Shown here in pieces: positions 39,243 through 51,267 of a DNA stretch of 64,000 nucleotides. Origin of the DNA: Nemertoderma westbladi (taxonomy: Eukaryota; Animalia; Xenacoelomorpha). The translations under genes were made by a program, and so were the position numbers. Positions within the stretch are counted from its first letter, which is position 1, and each line of letters starts with the position of its first letter. The notes beneath the pieces were generated by a model that saw only the letters and a program-made list of their open reading frames with translations, was not told the origin of the DNA and ran no database searches. Where the stretch lies: NCBI GenBank assembly GCA_032718475.1, contig JAUCBJ010008282.1:1-64000 (forward strand), in the 5' to 3' direction.

Positions 39243-41519
39243 GCCCGAATTTACAAAATAATTCAGATAACGTGCAGAATAATATAAATAACTTTGTTCC
39301 CAACGAACAAAATAATTCCGTTTCCAATATGGGTGTTATTAATGTAAACACGTCGGGCCTACATAACCAGGGAGCAGAGGGCCTGCTAGGCCACGTAGTT
39401 AGTAGACAGGGAGCAGAGGGCCTGGTAGGCCACGTAGTTGGTAGGGAGGGAGTAGAGGGCCTGGTAGGCCACGTAATAGCAGAGGGAGAGGCGGGGGTGA
39501 ATGGACCCGACCGCAGTAGGGTTGATGTGTCGACTAGAGAGATATATAATAGCGGGGAGAGAGGTAGCGAAGTTAGACGTAGCGAGTGGGGGGGGGGGGG
39601 CTACGAGAGCCCCACAACAGCGAATTAGCGGCGAAAAGGGGGGGGCAGGGAGTGTCCCACAGCCGTCAGCGGATAATGCGAGGGCCGAAATAGGTAAACC
39701 GCAACGACCGGCGACGGAAAGTAACAGGGGGATCGCGAGTATCCCCAGCGGCGTGCGACCGAGCAGAGAGAGACAGGTTGACGTCGCGAGAGGGCGGACG
39801 AAGCGTCGAGCCCGATCAGAGGAGGAAAGAAGAACAGTGGGGTTTAACCGGGAGGTCGACGAGAGATCTCGCGAGCGGGAATATTCCACTGATAGGAGAA
39901 GAAAGGAAGACAGTAGTAGAAGTATCGCCGCAAACGATAGAAGAGCGAGGACGGACAGCGAGCCGTCGGTAGTCGAGATGAGAACGGAGAGTCAGTGGGG
40001 TCGGACTCCGGGAGATTGCCATCGCCCCGGAGGGATGCGACCCGGTGAGATGCATTACACGCCGAGAGAGGGGTACATGATGTACCGGTACGAAGATGAG
40101 AACAGTAGAGGGGGGGGTCGAAGAGAAACTTTCCGACGGGATATACCTACCGAACGAGAATACGGTAGCCGCGGGGAGGATTATTCGAGAAGAATAAACT
40201 TCGATCCCGAACAACACATGCAGACTGTAGGACATACTGCAGGCCTTACTGCACATACCGTAGGCCATACTGAGAGAGGCAATGTAGGCGATAGGATAGC
40301 GCGGACGACGGAATTAAACCCCGAAGTCGCGGAATACATACCGGCGGGTAGGCCAGAAGCTGATAGGCCTATACCGGTACCAGCACAGCAGTATGACTAC
40401 AGCATGCAAGGACATAACATATACCCAGGGGAGGGGAGAATTATTGCGGATAGGTGCATGGGCCCCAACATATTAACATCAACCCCATTCCCAAACATAC
40501 CGGTGGGGGGGGGACAGGGTGACATTCCCCCATCACAATATCAACAATATACCCCGATGGTAGCAAGAACAATGAGACCCTTGGACGAAAACAGATCGTG
40601 TGACACAGATATATGGAGGGGGCCGCTACCCCCAATGACATACCCAAGCCAGAGAAAGCCAAGAGATAGGACAGACGGGACGCACCAGACAGGGGAAACT
40701 ATACAGCACCCGTCGAATCCATTGGAAGCGCAGGCGATAGGGATGGCCACGTTGATCGATGCTTTGAAAACGAGGATCGAGTTACCACCCGTGGAGCCAT
40801 TCAAGTTCGATGGGAGTAGGCCGGAAGAATATTTACAGTTTCGGCGAATGTATAGTAACGAAATACTAACAAAAAACTTGACGCAGGCGGAGTGCCTAAA
40901 GTATCTACAAGTGTACACGGGAGGCCCAGCATACGATATCGTGAGGCAATACCAAGGAATAGAGGGCGGCTTCACGACAGCATGGCGGGCACTGGATAGG
41001 GAATACGGGCACCCGGCCAAGATCATCAGGCAGACGCTGAGAGGCATAACATCGGGTGGCCTACAGGATAACCCCGTTAGCATCAAGACATTTGCTAACA
41101 AAGTCGAAAAGGCGCTAATCGTGTTGAAGACGCTAGACGCGCCGTACGAGCTCAATGCGTCCAACAACATCACCACGATAGCGCAGGCACTACCGAACTG
41201 GCTGCGCAACAAGTGGAGGAAGATCGCTTTCTCCACTCGAGACAAGAAGGGTACGGAACCAGGTTTAGAAGAAATGTCAAACTTCTTAAATTACGAGGCT
41301 GAACTAATAACGGACCCAGTCTATAGTGAAGATAGCCTGGGAAAGGGACCAAAGACAGATCACTACAGGCCGAAACCAGAGCACAATACATCAAACGCAT
41401 TGCCGAGGCTCAGGCAATCATTGCCATACGCAGCGACCCAGGGGACTGCAAGTCCACAGGCAAACGAAGATAAGACTACATCATGGAACGGACAGGGGAA
41501 CAATAACAACATGAATTAA
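39243..41519 (+). pseudogene. gag: Bel/Pao A gag continuation including the capsid region; poly-G frameshift near 39590
   Basis: ELPPVEPFKFDG..EYLQF, LKYLQVYTGGPA, AWRALDREYG, LPNWLRNKW. Confidence 0.88.
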
Positions 41520-44500
41520 CATAACCCCAGTACGCCCAGTAGGCCAAACCCAGTCAATAAGAATAGTAGGGACTTTGGTACGAACATAACTGCGATACGC
41601 AATGCATTGTATAAAGAGGGCTACGACCCAAAGAGCAAATGCCAGTTACACGCAAATGCGCTTCATAAAACCATGAACTGCAGGTACTGGCAGGCGCTAC
41701 CGAGGCAAGACCAGATAGATTACGCGTCGAGCAATAAAATCTGCTCGCGATGTGTAAAGAGTGGACACAAGGCCAGGGAATGCCAAGAGAAGCCGGTCAA
41801 GTTTGGCCAAAGGAGAGGCCAAACGATGGCAACGAGCACGGTAGGGGCGAAGAAGAGAGGCACGGTGTTACTTGGAGTAGTACCGGTGCGAGTGATCGGG
41901 GAAGGCAATCGATCAGTAACAACACTAATGCTGGTTGATAGTGGAGCTGCCTTCACATTAGTAGAGGAATGGGTAGCCGAAGAAATAGGATTGAGAACAA
42001 GGCCAAGCAGGATGGCGGTAACAACCATCTCTAGCAAAGATGAGATCCTAGAGATGAGGACAGGACGGTGCGCAATTGCAGCAGTGGCACCAGGATGCGA
42101 CTATGGGGCAACCATCGACCCCATCCAAGTAATAGAGTCAATTAACATCAATGCCAGGCGGCCAACCAACATCGAGGTCGAGCAATACAAATTCCTGGAC
42201 GACATTGACTTCTCGATCCCAGACGTGGACGTTAGGAAGGTATCCATCATAGTAGGAATGGACTGCCCGACGGCCCACGAAAGAATGCAAACGGTCTTCG
42301 GCGAAGACAAGCAGAGCGACCCGGTGGCCATATTAACACCATTCGGGTGGACGCTGAGTGGTCCAATAAAGAGTAAGATACCATTTAGGATGTCGGAGAC
42401 ATCAGGATGCATGTTCGCGGGAACAATGCAGGAAATGGGCGATGAGGGAGCAGAGGAGCAGCTTAAAAGACTGCTCAGACAAGACTTTGAGGGACTGAAA
42501 GAGACCGGGGTCGGGACCTCGGTAGAAGACAAACAGGCTCTACAAAGCGTGGAGGAATCGATGACGTGTGATGAGGGGCGGTATACAATAGGAATGGTAT
42601 GGAAACTACCGAAGATACCGCTACCCGATAGTAGGGGGATGGTACTCACGAGACTTCGTAAGCTGAAACAAACACTAAAACGGAGCCCCGAGAAGAACGA
42701 GTACATTCACAAAACCATTAAGAAGTACGTCGAGAAAGGATGGGCCGTGGAGTTACCGGTCGACGAGCCGAACACGGACAGGACATACTACCTGCCACTC
42801 CACGTAGCATTAGACCCAAAGAAAGGTAAACTGAGGATGGTAGTCGATGCATCGGCAAAGACCGACGGAAAATGCTTAAACGATTACCTGTTGGAAGGCC
42901 CAAATATTTACAATTCGGGCATAGAAGTACTACTTAGATTTAGGAATGGGAAACACGCCTTCACGTGTGACATAGAAGGCATGTTCAACCAGGTCCGTGT
43001 AACGGAAGAAGACAGAGACAGTCAACGCTTCTTATGGTATAACGGCGAAGAAGAACCGCCGATAATACCAGCGTATAAGATGGTAGTACAAAACATGGGG
43101 GCCAAGTCGTCCTCATTTACGATGACTATGGCAGTGAGAGACACGGTAAAGGGGAAGGAAGATAGATACAGCAGTAGGGCCGTCGATATGATCCGACGCG
43201 GCTTCTACGTAGACGACGGTATGGAGTCTGGAAATACGGTTGAGGAGATACTGGAAACAGGGCGCGAGGTTCGCGATATCCTGAAAGGATCTGGCTTCAA
43301 CCTGACCAAATTCCAATCCAGTTCAGAAGAATTTATCAAGGCAATAGAGGACAAGAAACCGGAATCGACCATGGACAACCCTACAACAGCCAAAGGACAG
43401 GACATGGCGAATAAGAGAACACAATCGCAGCAAAAGGCATTGGGAACCGTGTGGGATAGAGGAACAGACGAACTAAAGTATCAGCTGAGCCAAGAGGGCG
43501 CAGACACCCATACGAAGAGGGGTTATGTATCGTATATAGCAAGGATATACGATCCCCTAGGCCTAGCATCCCCATTACTAGTCACGGGGAAACAGATACT
43601 CAAGAGAGTATATAAATTGAAGGATGAGTGGGACGTAGAGGTACCAGAGGACATCAAGAAACAGTGGAGCAAATGGACAGGAGACTTGGAAAGAATGGGA
43701 ACATACAACATGCCGCGAGTGTATTTTCCGGACGGGAACATGACGAGTCTGGACCTACATATGTTCTCCGACGCGTCGTTAGAGGCATACGGAGCGGCAC
43801 TCTACTTAGTACAACGAGAGGGGGCTCACAAGCCCAGACTAGCCTTTAGCAAAGCTAAGTCAACGCCGCCAGATTCAGCATCTGTTCCCAAGTTAGAATT
43901 GACAGCTGCGAGACTAGGAGTTAGGGCCACAGCCTACCTAGTGGATACAATTCCCAACATAGTGGAGACACACTACTGGACGGATTCCATGGTAGTGCTT
44001 GGTTGGCTACACAACGAAAAGACGAGATACCCGATATTCGTCGCGAATAGAGTGGACGAAATAAGGGCGAGCACAGAACTGGAAAGGTGGCACTACTGCC
44101 CAACAGACGAGAACCCAGCGGACTTGCTGTCGAGGGGCGTGGAACGCCACACTTTCTTAAAGAAGGAAGCATTGTGGCAACATGGGCCACAATTTCTAAG
44201 TGATAGGGAGGCCTGGCCGCCAATGAGGAAGGTGGACCCGGGCTCGGAACCAATATCAGAGGGAGAAGAGGGAGACTCAGAGGGAGAAGAGATATACTCC
44301 CAGATGGTGAGGGAGATTAGGGACGTGCAACCAAAGCAAGAACTACGCGATAACCCGACGGACAAACTCCTCAGTTACAGTTCTAGTTGGTACAAGACCA
44401 AGAAACTAGTGGCGTACTGGAGAGCTTTCGGAAATTTCCTCGCGGGAGTTAATAAGGAGAAGAAAACCAGGGAAACCATAGATCTGGAAGGAGCGGCCAA

Positions 44501-45845
44501 GGCAATAATCCGCTATGAACAACGGAAGAACTACGGCGACGAGGTGGAACGTGTCGGCAACCAACAGCACCTCCGACGGGACAGCGAGTTGATTACGCTG
44601 TCGCCACAACTCAATGAGGATGGGATTCTAGTAATGAATTCTAGGGTGGGATATAACAACAGCATAGTCGTGCCACCGAAACCCATCATCATTCCCACAG
44701 GATCGCCTATAGTCCACCAGATCATATGGGACTCCCACAAATCGATACTGCATGGGGGCACCAACCGAACCCTCACTGAGATAAGGAGGACCTATTGGGT
44801 CAAACAATTAAGGAAGAAGGTTAAAGCGGTAGTGGGGCAGTGCCAGACCTGCCGACGAGCGAAGAAGGAACGAGCCGTACAGGAGATGGCGCCACTACCG
44901 GCGAGTAGGGTAAGACAGCACGACCCGCCATTTACGCATTGCGGTGTGGACATGTTCGGGCCGATAAAGATCAAAGTGATGCGACACACAGAGAAACGCT
45001 ACGGCATCATTTTCGTATGCAACAACACACGGGCGGTAGGGATAGAACTCGCCCAAGATGCAACTGCATCAGCATTCATTAATGCCTTAGAAAGGTTTAG
45101 GGACCGCAAAGGTGGGACGATCGCAGTGATATACAGCGACAACGGCACCAACTTTGTGGGCGCAGAGAGTGAGATGGCAGAGGCCTTGGACATCTTGGAG
45201 GGAGAAGAAGTCAGGGCAGCCATGAGGCGACGACAAGTAAAGTGGGAGAGAAGGACGCCGTATGCACCACATACACTAGGATGCGTCGAGAGACTGGTGG
45301 GCAGTTCAAAGCGTCTAATGACGAAGTTAATGAACACCCACATGGTCACTGAAGACGTCTTACGGACAGTACTTGCGAAGTGCGAGGGGATCATTAATAG
45401 CAGACCGCTATACCCGGAGAATGATGACCCTGAGTCATTAGACATGCTGACGCCTAGCCATTTCCTGATGGAAAGGCCAGCGACCATCGATATGCGGGGT
45501 GTAGACCCAGATGACATACACTCCCGCCAAAGTTGGAAAGTCGCTAAAGCAATAAGCGCAGAGTATTGGAGGAGGTGGGTCGAGGAATACCTACCCACGC
45601 TCCATAAGCGAAGCAAGTGGAGGAAGCCGAACAGGGAGTTAAGAGAGGGAGATATCGTAATCGTTACGGATGATACTATCATCAACAACCAGTGTTGGTT
45701 GGCGAGAGTCGTAGGCACCTACTCCGACGAGGACGGAAGAGTCCGATCGGTAGAAGTGCGGATAGGTGGAAAGATAGGTGCGAAAGACAGAAAAACCTAC
45801 AGGAGAGCAGTAGGTAAATGCTGTCTTCTGGAAGGGGCACCTTAA
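41520..45845 (+). CDS. pol: Bel/Pao A knuckles-protease-RT-RNase H-integrase, in frame with gag after one TAA (41517-41519)
   Basis: LVDSGA, YYLPLH, KLRMVVDAS, DIEGMFNQV, FYVDD, FSDAS, PKLEL, WTDS, NPADLLSRG, H..H..C..C, GVDMFGP, SDNGTNF, ERLV. Confidence 0.96.
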   Translation, partial: HNPSTPSRPNPVNKNSRDFGTNITAIRNALYKEGYDPKSKCQLHANALHKTMNCRYWQALPRQDQIDYASSNKICSRCVKSGHKARECQEKPVKFGQRRGQTMATSTVGAKKRGTVLLGVVPVRVIGEGNRSVTTLMLVDSGAAFTLVEEWVAEEIGLRTRPSRMAVTTISSKDEILEMRTGRCAIAAVAPGCDYGATIDPIQVIESININARRPTNIEVEQYKFLDDIDFSIPDVDVRKVSIIVGMDCPTAHERMQTVFGEDKQSDPVAILTPFGWTLSGPIKSKIPFRMSETSGCMFAGTMQEMGDEGAEEQLKRLLRQDFEGLKETGVGTSVEDKQALQSVEESMTCDEGRYTIGMVWKLPKIPLPDSRGMVLTRLRKLKQTLKRSPEKNEYIHKTIKKYVEKGWAVELPVDEPNTDRTYYLPLHVALDPKKGKLRMVVDASAKTDGKCLNDYLLEGPNIYNSGIEVLLRFRNGKHAFTCDIEGMFNQVRVTEEDRDSQRFLWYNGEEEPPIIPAYKMVVQNMGAKSSSFTMTMAVRDTVKGKEDRYSSRAVDMIRRGFYVDDGMESGNTVEEILETGREVRDILKGSGFNLTKFQSSSEEFIKAIEDKKPESTMDNPTTAKGQDMANKRTQSQQKALGTVWDRGTDELKYQLSQEGADTHTKRGYVSYIARIYDPLGLASPLLVTGKQILKRVYKLKDEWDVEVPEDIKKQWSKWTGDLERMGTYNMPRVYFPDGNMTSLDLHMFSDASLEAYGAALYLVQREGAHKPRLAFSKAKSTPPDSASVPKLELTAARLGVRATAYLVDTIPNIVETHYWTDSMVVLGWLHNEKTRYPIFVANRVDEIRASTELERWHYCPTDENPADLLSRGVERHTFLKKEALWQHGPQFLSDREAWPPMRKVDPGSEPISEGEEGDSEGEEIYSQMVREIRDVQPKQELRDNPTDKLLSYSSSWYKTKKLVAYWRAFGNFLAGVNKEKKTRETIDLEGAAKAIIRYEQRKNYGDEVERVGNQQHLRRDSELITLSPQLNEDGILVMNSRVGYNNSIVVPPKPIIIPTGSPIVHQIIWDSHKSILHGGTNRTLTEIRRTYWVKQLRKKVKAVVGQCQTCRRAKKERAVQEMAPLPASRVRQHDPPFTHCGVDMFGPIKIKVMRHTEKRYGIIFVCNNTRAVGIELAQDATASAFINALERFRDRKGGTIAVIYSDNGTNFVGAESEMAEALDILEGEEVRAAMRRRQVKWERRTPYAPHTLGCVERLVGSSKRLMTKLMNTHMVTEDVLRTVLAKCEGIINSRPLYPENDDPESLDMLTPSHFLMERPATIDMRGVDPDDIHSRQSWKVAKAISAEYWRRWVEEYLPTLHKRSKWRKPNRELREGDIVIVTDDTIINNQCWLARVVGTYSDEDGRVRSVEVRIGGKIGAKDRKTYRRAVGKCCLLEGAP

Positions 45846-45954
45846 AATGGAGTTAGTGAGTAGTTTAGTCGTCCAAGTTTTGGACTGAGGGGGGTGGGAT
45901 TGAGGGCGAGACGCCCTTCCCACACAAATAAAATAAAAATAAAATAAAAATAAT

Positions 45955-46620
45955 AGTTAGTTAGTTAGTAGGTACGTAGTACCTAGAGTTAGTTAGTTAG
46001 TAGGTACGTAGTGCCTAGAGTTAGTTAGTTAGTAGGTACGTAGTACCTAGTTAGAGTTAGAGTTAGAGTTAGAGGGTACGTAGTACCGATAGTTAGAGAG
46101 TTAGTAGGTACGTAGTACCTAGTTAGAGTTAGAGCTAGAGGGTACGTAGTACCGATGGTTAGAGAGTTAGTAGGTACGTAGTACCTAGTTAGAGTTAGAG
46201 CTAGAGGGTACATAGTACCGATGGTTAGAGAGTTAGTAGGTACGTAGTACCTAGTTAGAGTTAGAGCTAGAGGGTACGTAGTACCGATAGTTAGAGAGTT
46301 AGTAGGTACGTAGTACCTAGTTAGAGTTAGAACTAGAGGGTACGTAGTACCGATAGTTAGAGAGTTAGTAGGTACGTAGTACCTAGTTAGAGTTAGAGGG
46401 TACGTAGTACCGATAGTTAGAGAGTCAGTAGGTACGTAGTACCTAGTTAGAGTTAGAGTTAGAGTTAGAGGGTACGTAGTACCGATAGTTAGAGTTAGTA
46501 GGTACGTAGTACCTAGTTAGAGTTAGAGTTAGTAGGTACGTAGTACCTAATTAGAGTTAGAGTTAGTAGGTACGTAGTACCGTTAGTTAGAGTTAGAGGG
46601 TACGTAGTACCATTAGTTAG
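45955..46620. repeat. Tandem array (about 60-70 bp units) of TTAGAG hexamers and GGTACGTAGTACC palindromes between pol and the extra ORF
   Basis: Direct read. Confidence 0.93.
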
Positions 46621-47114
46621 AGAGAGAGAGTAAGAGGTAAAAGGGGTAAATAGGATATAGATATTAGTTAGCAGTAAGTAGAGTTAGTAGCGAGAGGGGG
46701 GCATATGAGTACAGCTGGATAAATCGTGTGGCCACACGACGCATACTGCTGTACTGCATGGGCCCACAGAGTAGGCCAGAATATGGATCAGAGAATAGAA
46801 TAAATCCATAGGCAGTAGTAGGTAGTAGGACAGTAGGATCAAAACAAACAAATAAATAGAATAGGGCTAAAATCGAAAAATAGTGGCAACACAAGGAAAG
46901 TCGTTCTAGAACATAATAAAAGTAACGGACGGAAATTGTAAATTAGGCTGATTTACTAGCTCCGAAATTAATTAGGTTAAATTTAGGCTAAAAAGCGCAA
47001 TTAAGTAGAAAGTAGGCCATTATCGAACTGTACGAAACATCTTAAATACTTCACTCATCTGTATTGCGCCTTGGTAAGGCACCACCCTGCAGGTGAGCGA
47101 GTGTAGTGTTCGGA

Positions 47115-49643
47115 ATGGCGAGTAAGTTGATCAGGAAGAGGAAGGCGGAGTCAGGAGGAAAAGAAATACTGGTGGATTTCACTGAAAGACACCCGGAAGA
47201 GAAGACGAGAGGATACTACGAGAAGTTGGAAAGGGGTCACGCGGCACGAGCGCTGCAGGATCACTTCCGGGAGGCGCACAAACAGCGGTTAGTCGGGACC
47301 TACGGGACCCCGTCACTGGACAACGCGATCTTCCAACACTTCCACTACGTGGTGAAAGGGGACGAGGCGAAGTTCGGGATTCCGAAGTATCCGAGGGAAT
47401 CGCCGAGGAAGGACTGGAAAAGATTCATAGAGTCCGTCAACCGAGGAGGATATATGATCCTAGATGACGAGGGAACCGTGGAGGACGAAGCGGGTTCGAG
47501 ACGAGAAACGGCAGGGTCGGCCAGGACCATACTCTTGCATTTGGCCGCGCCAAATGGGGACATCTTCTTATTCGACCTAGGGACATATGGGAAGAGGGAT
47601 GGGCCGAAACTAGACCGATTGCCGAAAGCGGTACAAGTACTAGTAAGAGAGAAGTCGACGACGAAGGTGGGATCGGCAATTCGCGAGGACGCGGAGAGGA
47701 TCATCGGTCCGGACGCCACCAACCTCCTGGATATGCAGAAAGTCTTTATGGCTATGACGGCACCGGATGGATTGGGGGTGGTCGAGAACACAGGCCAATG
47801 CGGGGCGGTGGCGATGGGCCAATTATTGGGGCTCGTATGCCACAAACCGATGGACTGGGGAAAGTTTAGGGAAGAATACGGAGCAGAACTAGCGAACTCG
47901 CTGAAGTGGGGAGCGAGACCGGGAAAGCAGGAGGTATATCAGTTTCGCAGAGGAGCGATAAAGGTATATCAGAAGCGATATATCCTGCAGGAGGACTTGA
48001 TGATGATAAGTTTGCTTAACTTATTCATGACCGTAGTTATCGAAAGGGAACCAGGGGCATTTCTGTTATCGGGATCACCCCTAAGCTACAGGAGAGCCTT
48101 TAAGACGGCCTTTGACGGTCTGGTAGACCACCCGGGGCTGAAGGGCGAGTCGGTGTACTACAACAGCCGACATCTGGTAGACGGGGAGACGGACACACCG
48201 TATCAGAGATGGGAGCAGCTAGAGGCGGACAGACGAGAAGCAAAGCGACTGGAAGAAGTCGCTAGACGGGAGAGGATAGAAGCAGAGGAGAGGGAAGAGG
48301 AGGCCAGGGCACAGAGTTACTGCTTCGAGGAACAGGCGGGCCTAGACGAACTTCATTGGACTTCGTCAGGGAGTTCGGGGGAGTCTCTAGGGCGAGAATT
48401 GGGATGGACGGTGGGATCGCCGAAACAGTCGACGTCGGGGTTGCAAACGATGCCCATGCCAGCGGGCGCCGAGGGCGACCAACCGCCAAGGAAGCTAAGG
48501 GAGCTAGAGGGATGGAGAGCTACGGGCGAGAGCCAAGGCGGGAAGGGACATAGTGGATCCATCGGGATACCGGGGTTGGAAACACTACCAGAAGAGGAAG
48601 ACGGTGACGACGAGTTCGGAGAGATACCGCCCATCGAGAGGATAGGCCACTCGGACACGGACTGGGTTGGCGGAAGGGTGGTGACAGCCAGTGGGGCGAG
48701 GGCCTTCTGGAACAGATCCGGCAAGCGGACCTGGGTGCACGAGGGGCCGGATTTCGCGGGGAGCACCATCAGGTTGGGCGAGCAACCGGGAACAGCACCA
48801 CGGATAGTATTCGGGGAGACGATGCCCGAGAGGGGCGGAGAGATCGACGTAAACAGGGAGAGCAATGTAGAGAAGTTCGCCTACCAGCGACTCCATAGAC
48901 CACGGAGATCGCTTGGGACGAAAGACGAGGTGGGACGGGAGACATTGGTACTCGGCTGCGACTACTGTGGGAGACAGACCCATCAGGAAAGCAGCTGCCT
49001 ATACCGGTTCCAACGGGGAACCTTTTGTCTCTACTGTAGAGAACCAAGTCACAGGATGGGGGCGTGTTCACAGTTGCATAACCGATGTCCAAAGTGCCAC
49101 TTTCGGGGACACTACGGGCGCAAGTGCGACTGGATGAGCGACGAGGAAAAGTTCACAAGATTCGAGGAGTGGGCCGACGTCGGGGCCATGACGCGCCAGC
49201 GCATGAAGGCCCAAGAGTTCAAGTGGGGTTTCTTCCTCATAAACCAGGAGACCCACATGGAAATCATAAAGCGAAGGTTACCGTTTACCTATCAAGAGGT
49301 AGCAACGGCGGCGTCGTTCGCCGGAGTTATGAACACGCAACGGTACCTGGACAGGTGGACACCAGAGAACCGGAGGGAGTTTAGGGATTTCTTGGCGGAA
49401 CACGTACCAAAGGCAATGAAAATGATCCTATGGGACGCCACACGAGGGAGACAACCAGGCCATTCTGAGGGGCCACCGGCGAAGCGGTATCGGGCATTAA
49501 TAACACCAGCGCCCAAGGAGCCGACGACCGGGATCAGCAAGGAAGTGGCAGCGAAAGTCCGGAAGCAGAAAGCGGATGATGCCAGAGGAGCGGTGATAAC
49601 CAAGAAACGGGCCAGGGAAGAGGACGTGAGGAGGAACAGATAA
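47115..49643 (+). CDS. Extra ORF of Bel/Pao A: DEDDy (RNase D/WRN-like) 3'-5' exonuclease, three CCHC knuckles and a basic tail
   Basis: ILDDEG; LLHLAAPNGDIFLFDL; LPKAVQVLV..TKVGSAIRED; LLDMQ; YILQE; CDYC..H..C, CLYC..H..C, CPKC..H..C; ORF intact, first ATG at 47115. Confidence 0.8.
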   Translation: MASKLIRKRKAESGGKEILVDFTERHPEEKTRGYYEKLERGHAARALQDHFREAHKQRLVGTYGTPSLDNAIFQHFHYVVKGDEAKFGIPKYPRESPRKDWKRFIESVNRGGYMILDDEGTVEDEAGSRRETAGSARTILLHLAAPNGDIFLFDLGTYGKRDGPKLDRLPKAVQVLVREKSTTKVGSAIREDAERIIGPDATNLLDMQKVFMAMTAPDGLGVVENTGQCGAVAMGQLLGLVCHKPMDWGKFREEYGAELANSLKWGARPGKQEVYQFRRGAIKVYQKRYILQEDLMMISLLNLFMTVVIEREPGAFLLSGSPLSYRRAFKTAFDGLVDHPGLKGESVYYNSRHLVDGETDTPYQRWEQLEADRREAKRLEEVARRERIEAEEREEEARAQSYCFEEQAGLDELHWTSSGSSGESLGRELGWTVGSPKQSTSGLQTMPMPAGAEGDQPPRKLRELEGWRATGESQGGKGHSGSIGIPGLETLPEEEDGDDEFGEIPPIERIGHSDTDWVGGRVVTASGARAFWNRSGKRTWVHEGPDFAGSTIRLGEQPGTAPRIVFGETMPERGGEIDVNRESNVEKFAYQRLHRPRRSLGTKDEVGRETLVLGCDYCGRQTHQESSCLYRFQRGTFCLYCREPSHRMGACSQLHNRCPKCHFRGHYGRKCDWMSDEEKFTRFEEWADVGAMTRQRMKAQEFKWGFFLINQETHMEIIKRRLPFTYQEVATAASFAGVMNTQRYLDRWTPENRREFRDFLAEHVPKAMKMILWDATRGRQPGHSEGPPAKRYRALITPAPKEPTTGISKEVAAKVRKQKADDARGAVITKKRAREEDVRRNR

Positions 49644-50349
49644 GTTCCCAGAGACGAGAGAGTGAGACTGAGACTGGAAAGTGGTGCGCCTGGAAGGCGC
49701 CGCATGGAACGTACGAACTATTAAATACAAATTTATTTAATTAATGCAAATAACCATATAAGTGCAATTCGTATGTACGTACGTAGTAATTAGCAGTAAA
49801 ATACACGATCGGAGTAAGTACTATAGTCATACAACCTTTCTCAATTAGCTACTGGGACTGGGGGACAACTGACTATGGCACTATGGACGAGACAACTGAC
49901 AATTTCACGCTTCTTGAGTGCGACGGCACGAGAGGGGGGGGAGGTTCGTCAGAAGAGATAAAATAGTCAAAGTGGAGTTGAGGACCGAAGTAAGAGTGCG
50001 AAGTGCGGAGAGAGTGCCGATGCAATTCTAGTGTGGGGGGGGAGAATAAGAGGCTGAGTAAGGGGCGAGGAGGTCCGAACGTGAGAGAGTTAGGGTGAGA
50101 GTGAAGGTGAGATAGGGCGAGAATGTTGGGGAAACAAAAGTTGCGTGGGAGGTGAGCGCGATCGGCCCGACATGAGACGCCAGGCACACAGGGTAGCGTT
50201 ATCATACCCATAGGGGGCGGCCTGGAAAGCCGACCCCGAGAGAAAAGAATTCCACCCCACACCCGATACTAGATCGGGATCCAGCGGGATTGTAACGCAC
50301 TTTTTTGGTTGATGCTATCTTCTTACCGGGAAGATAGCATGGGGGGGAG

Positions 50350-50891
50350 TGTTAGCTTATTCAATCCCGCCAACACCCCATAAAGTTATAAGCCGATAAG
50401 CAATATTGGGAGCCACGAGATTGGGCAATTAACCAACTCGTGCCATCCCAATAAGAGTGGGAAGGAAGCACACAATAGAGGGTCAGGGGCCAAACCCCTA
50501 ACCCAGAGAGAACAGGTGGAGTGAACGGGAATACTCCACGGGGCGCCAACAAGGGTATTAACCAATCAGAGGGGGGGAATGGCATCGATTGAGTAGCAGT
50601 AAGGCCACCGTGCAATATAACCAATAACCTATTAATCAGTGATTCAGTTATCTCAGTGCAGCAGTGCTAGCGTAGGGTACAGTCAATTAGTTTAGTTAGG
50701 GGATCACGGGACTTTAGTTACCGTATCCCGCCTTGTACACATTATACCTATATCTATATCCTATGCCCTATTATTATTATACACCGAACTTCAGAACTCA
50801 GTTACCTTTATTTCACCCTTATACACGGCGGGGACGCGTGGACTAAATTACCACATCGGATAAATCGGGATCCCTCCTGGATCCCGTCACA
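50350..50891 (+). repeat. 3' LTR of Bel/Pao A
   Basis: Matches 12103-12644. Confidence 0.97.
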
Positions 50892-51267
50892 TAAAGTAAA
50901 AAGTTTTAGATACAAAATTTATTCCTCTATTCAAATATGCCACACACTAATGCTCAAATATAATATTTATATACTATAATTATGTTTAAATTGATTTTAA
51001 ATTGATATTAAATTGATTGAATTTTAAATTTCCCTCCTACAATAGTTCAGCAATAATATGACAGTTTCAGAGACAGGTCAGTTTACGTGTCATTTTCATG
51101 GTCATAAATAATAATATGAAAATTAATTTTTGTTTTAAGATAAAGAATAATAAATTTTATGAAAAGTAACGGAATTTCACTTGCAATAAATGTGGTTTGG
51201 CTTTGAACCAAGCAATCAAATAAAGTGCGTCTCCAAAAGTCCCCCCCCCCCCCCGGTATGGATAGGG

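Noticed and set aside
41517-41519. Programmed gag-pol stop readthrough
   Set aside because: The TAA precedes the Gag knuckles and Bel/Pao elements normally have one ORF; a point mutation is more likely, though other copies should be checked
45955-46620. Telomeric repeat
   Set aside because: TTAGAG is interspersed with other motifs and lies inside an LTR element
47115-49643. env gene
   Set aside because: No signal peptide or clear transmembrane helix; nuclease and knuckle motifs instead
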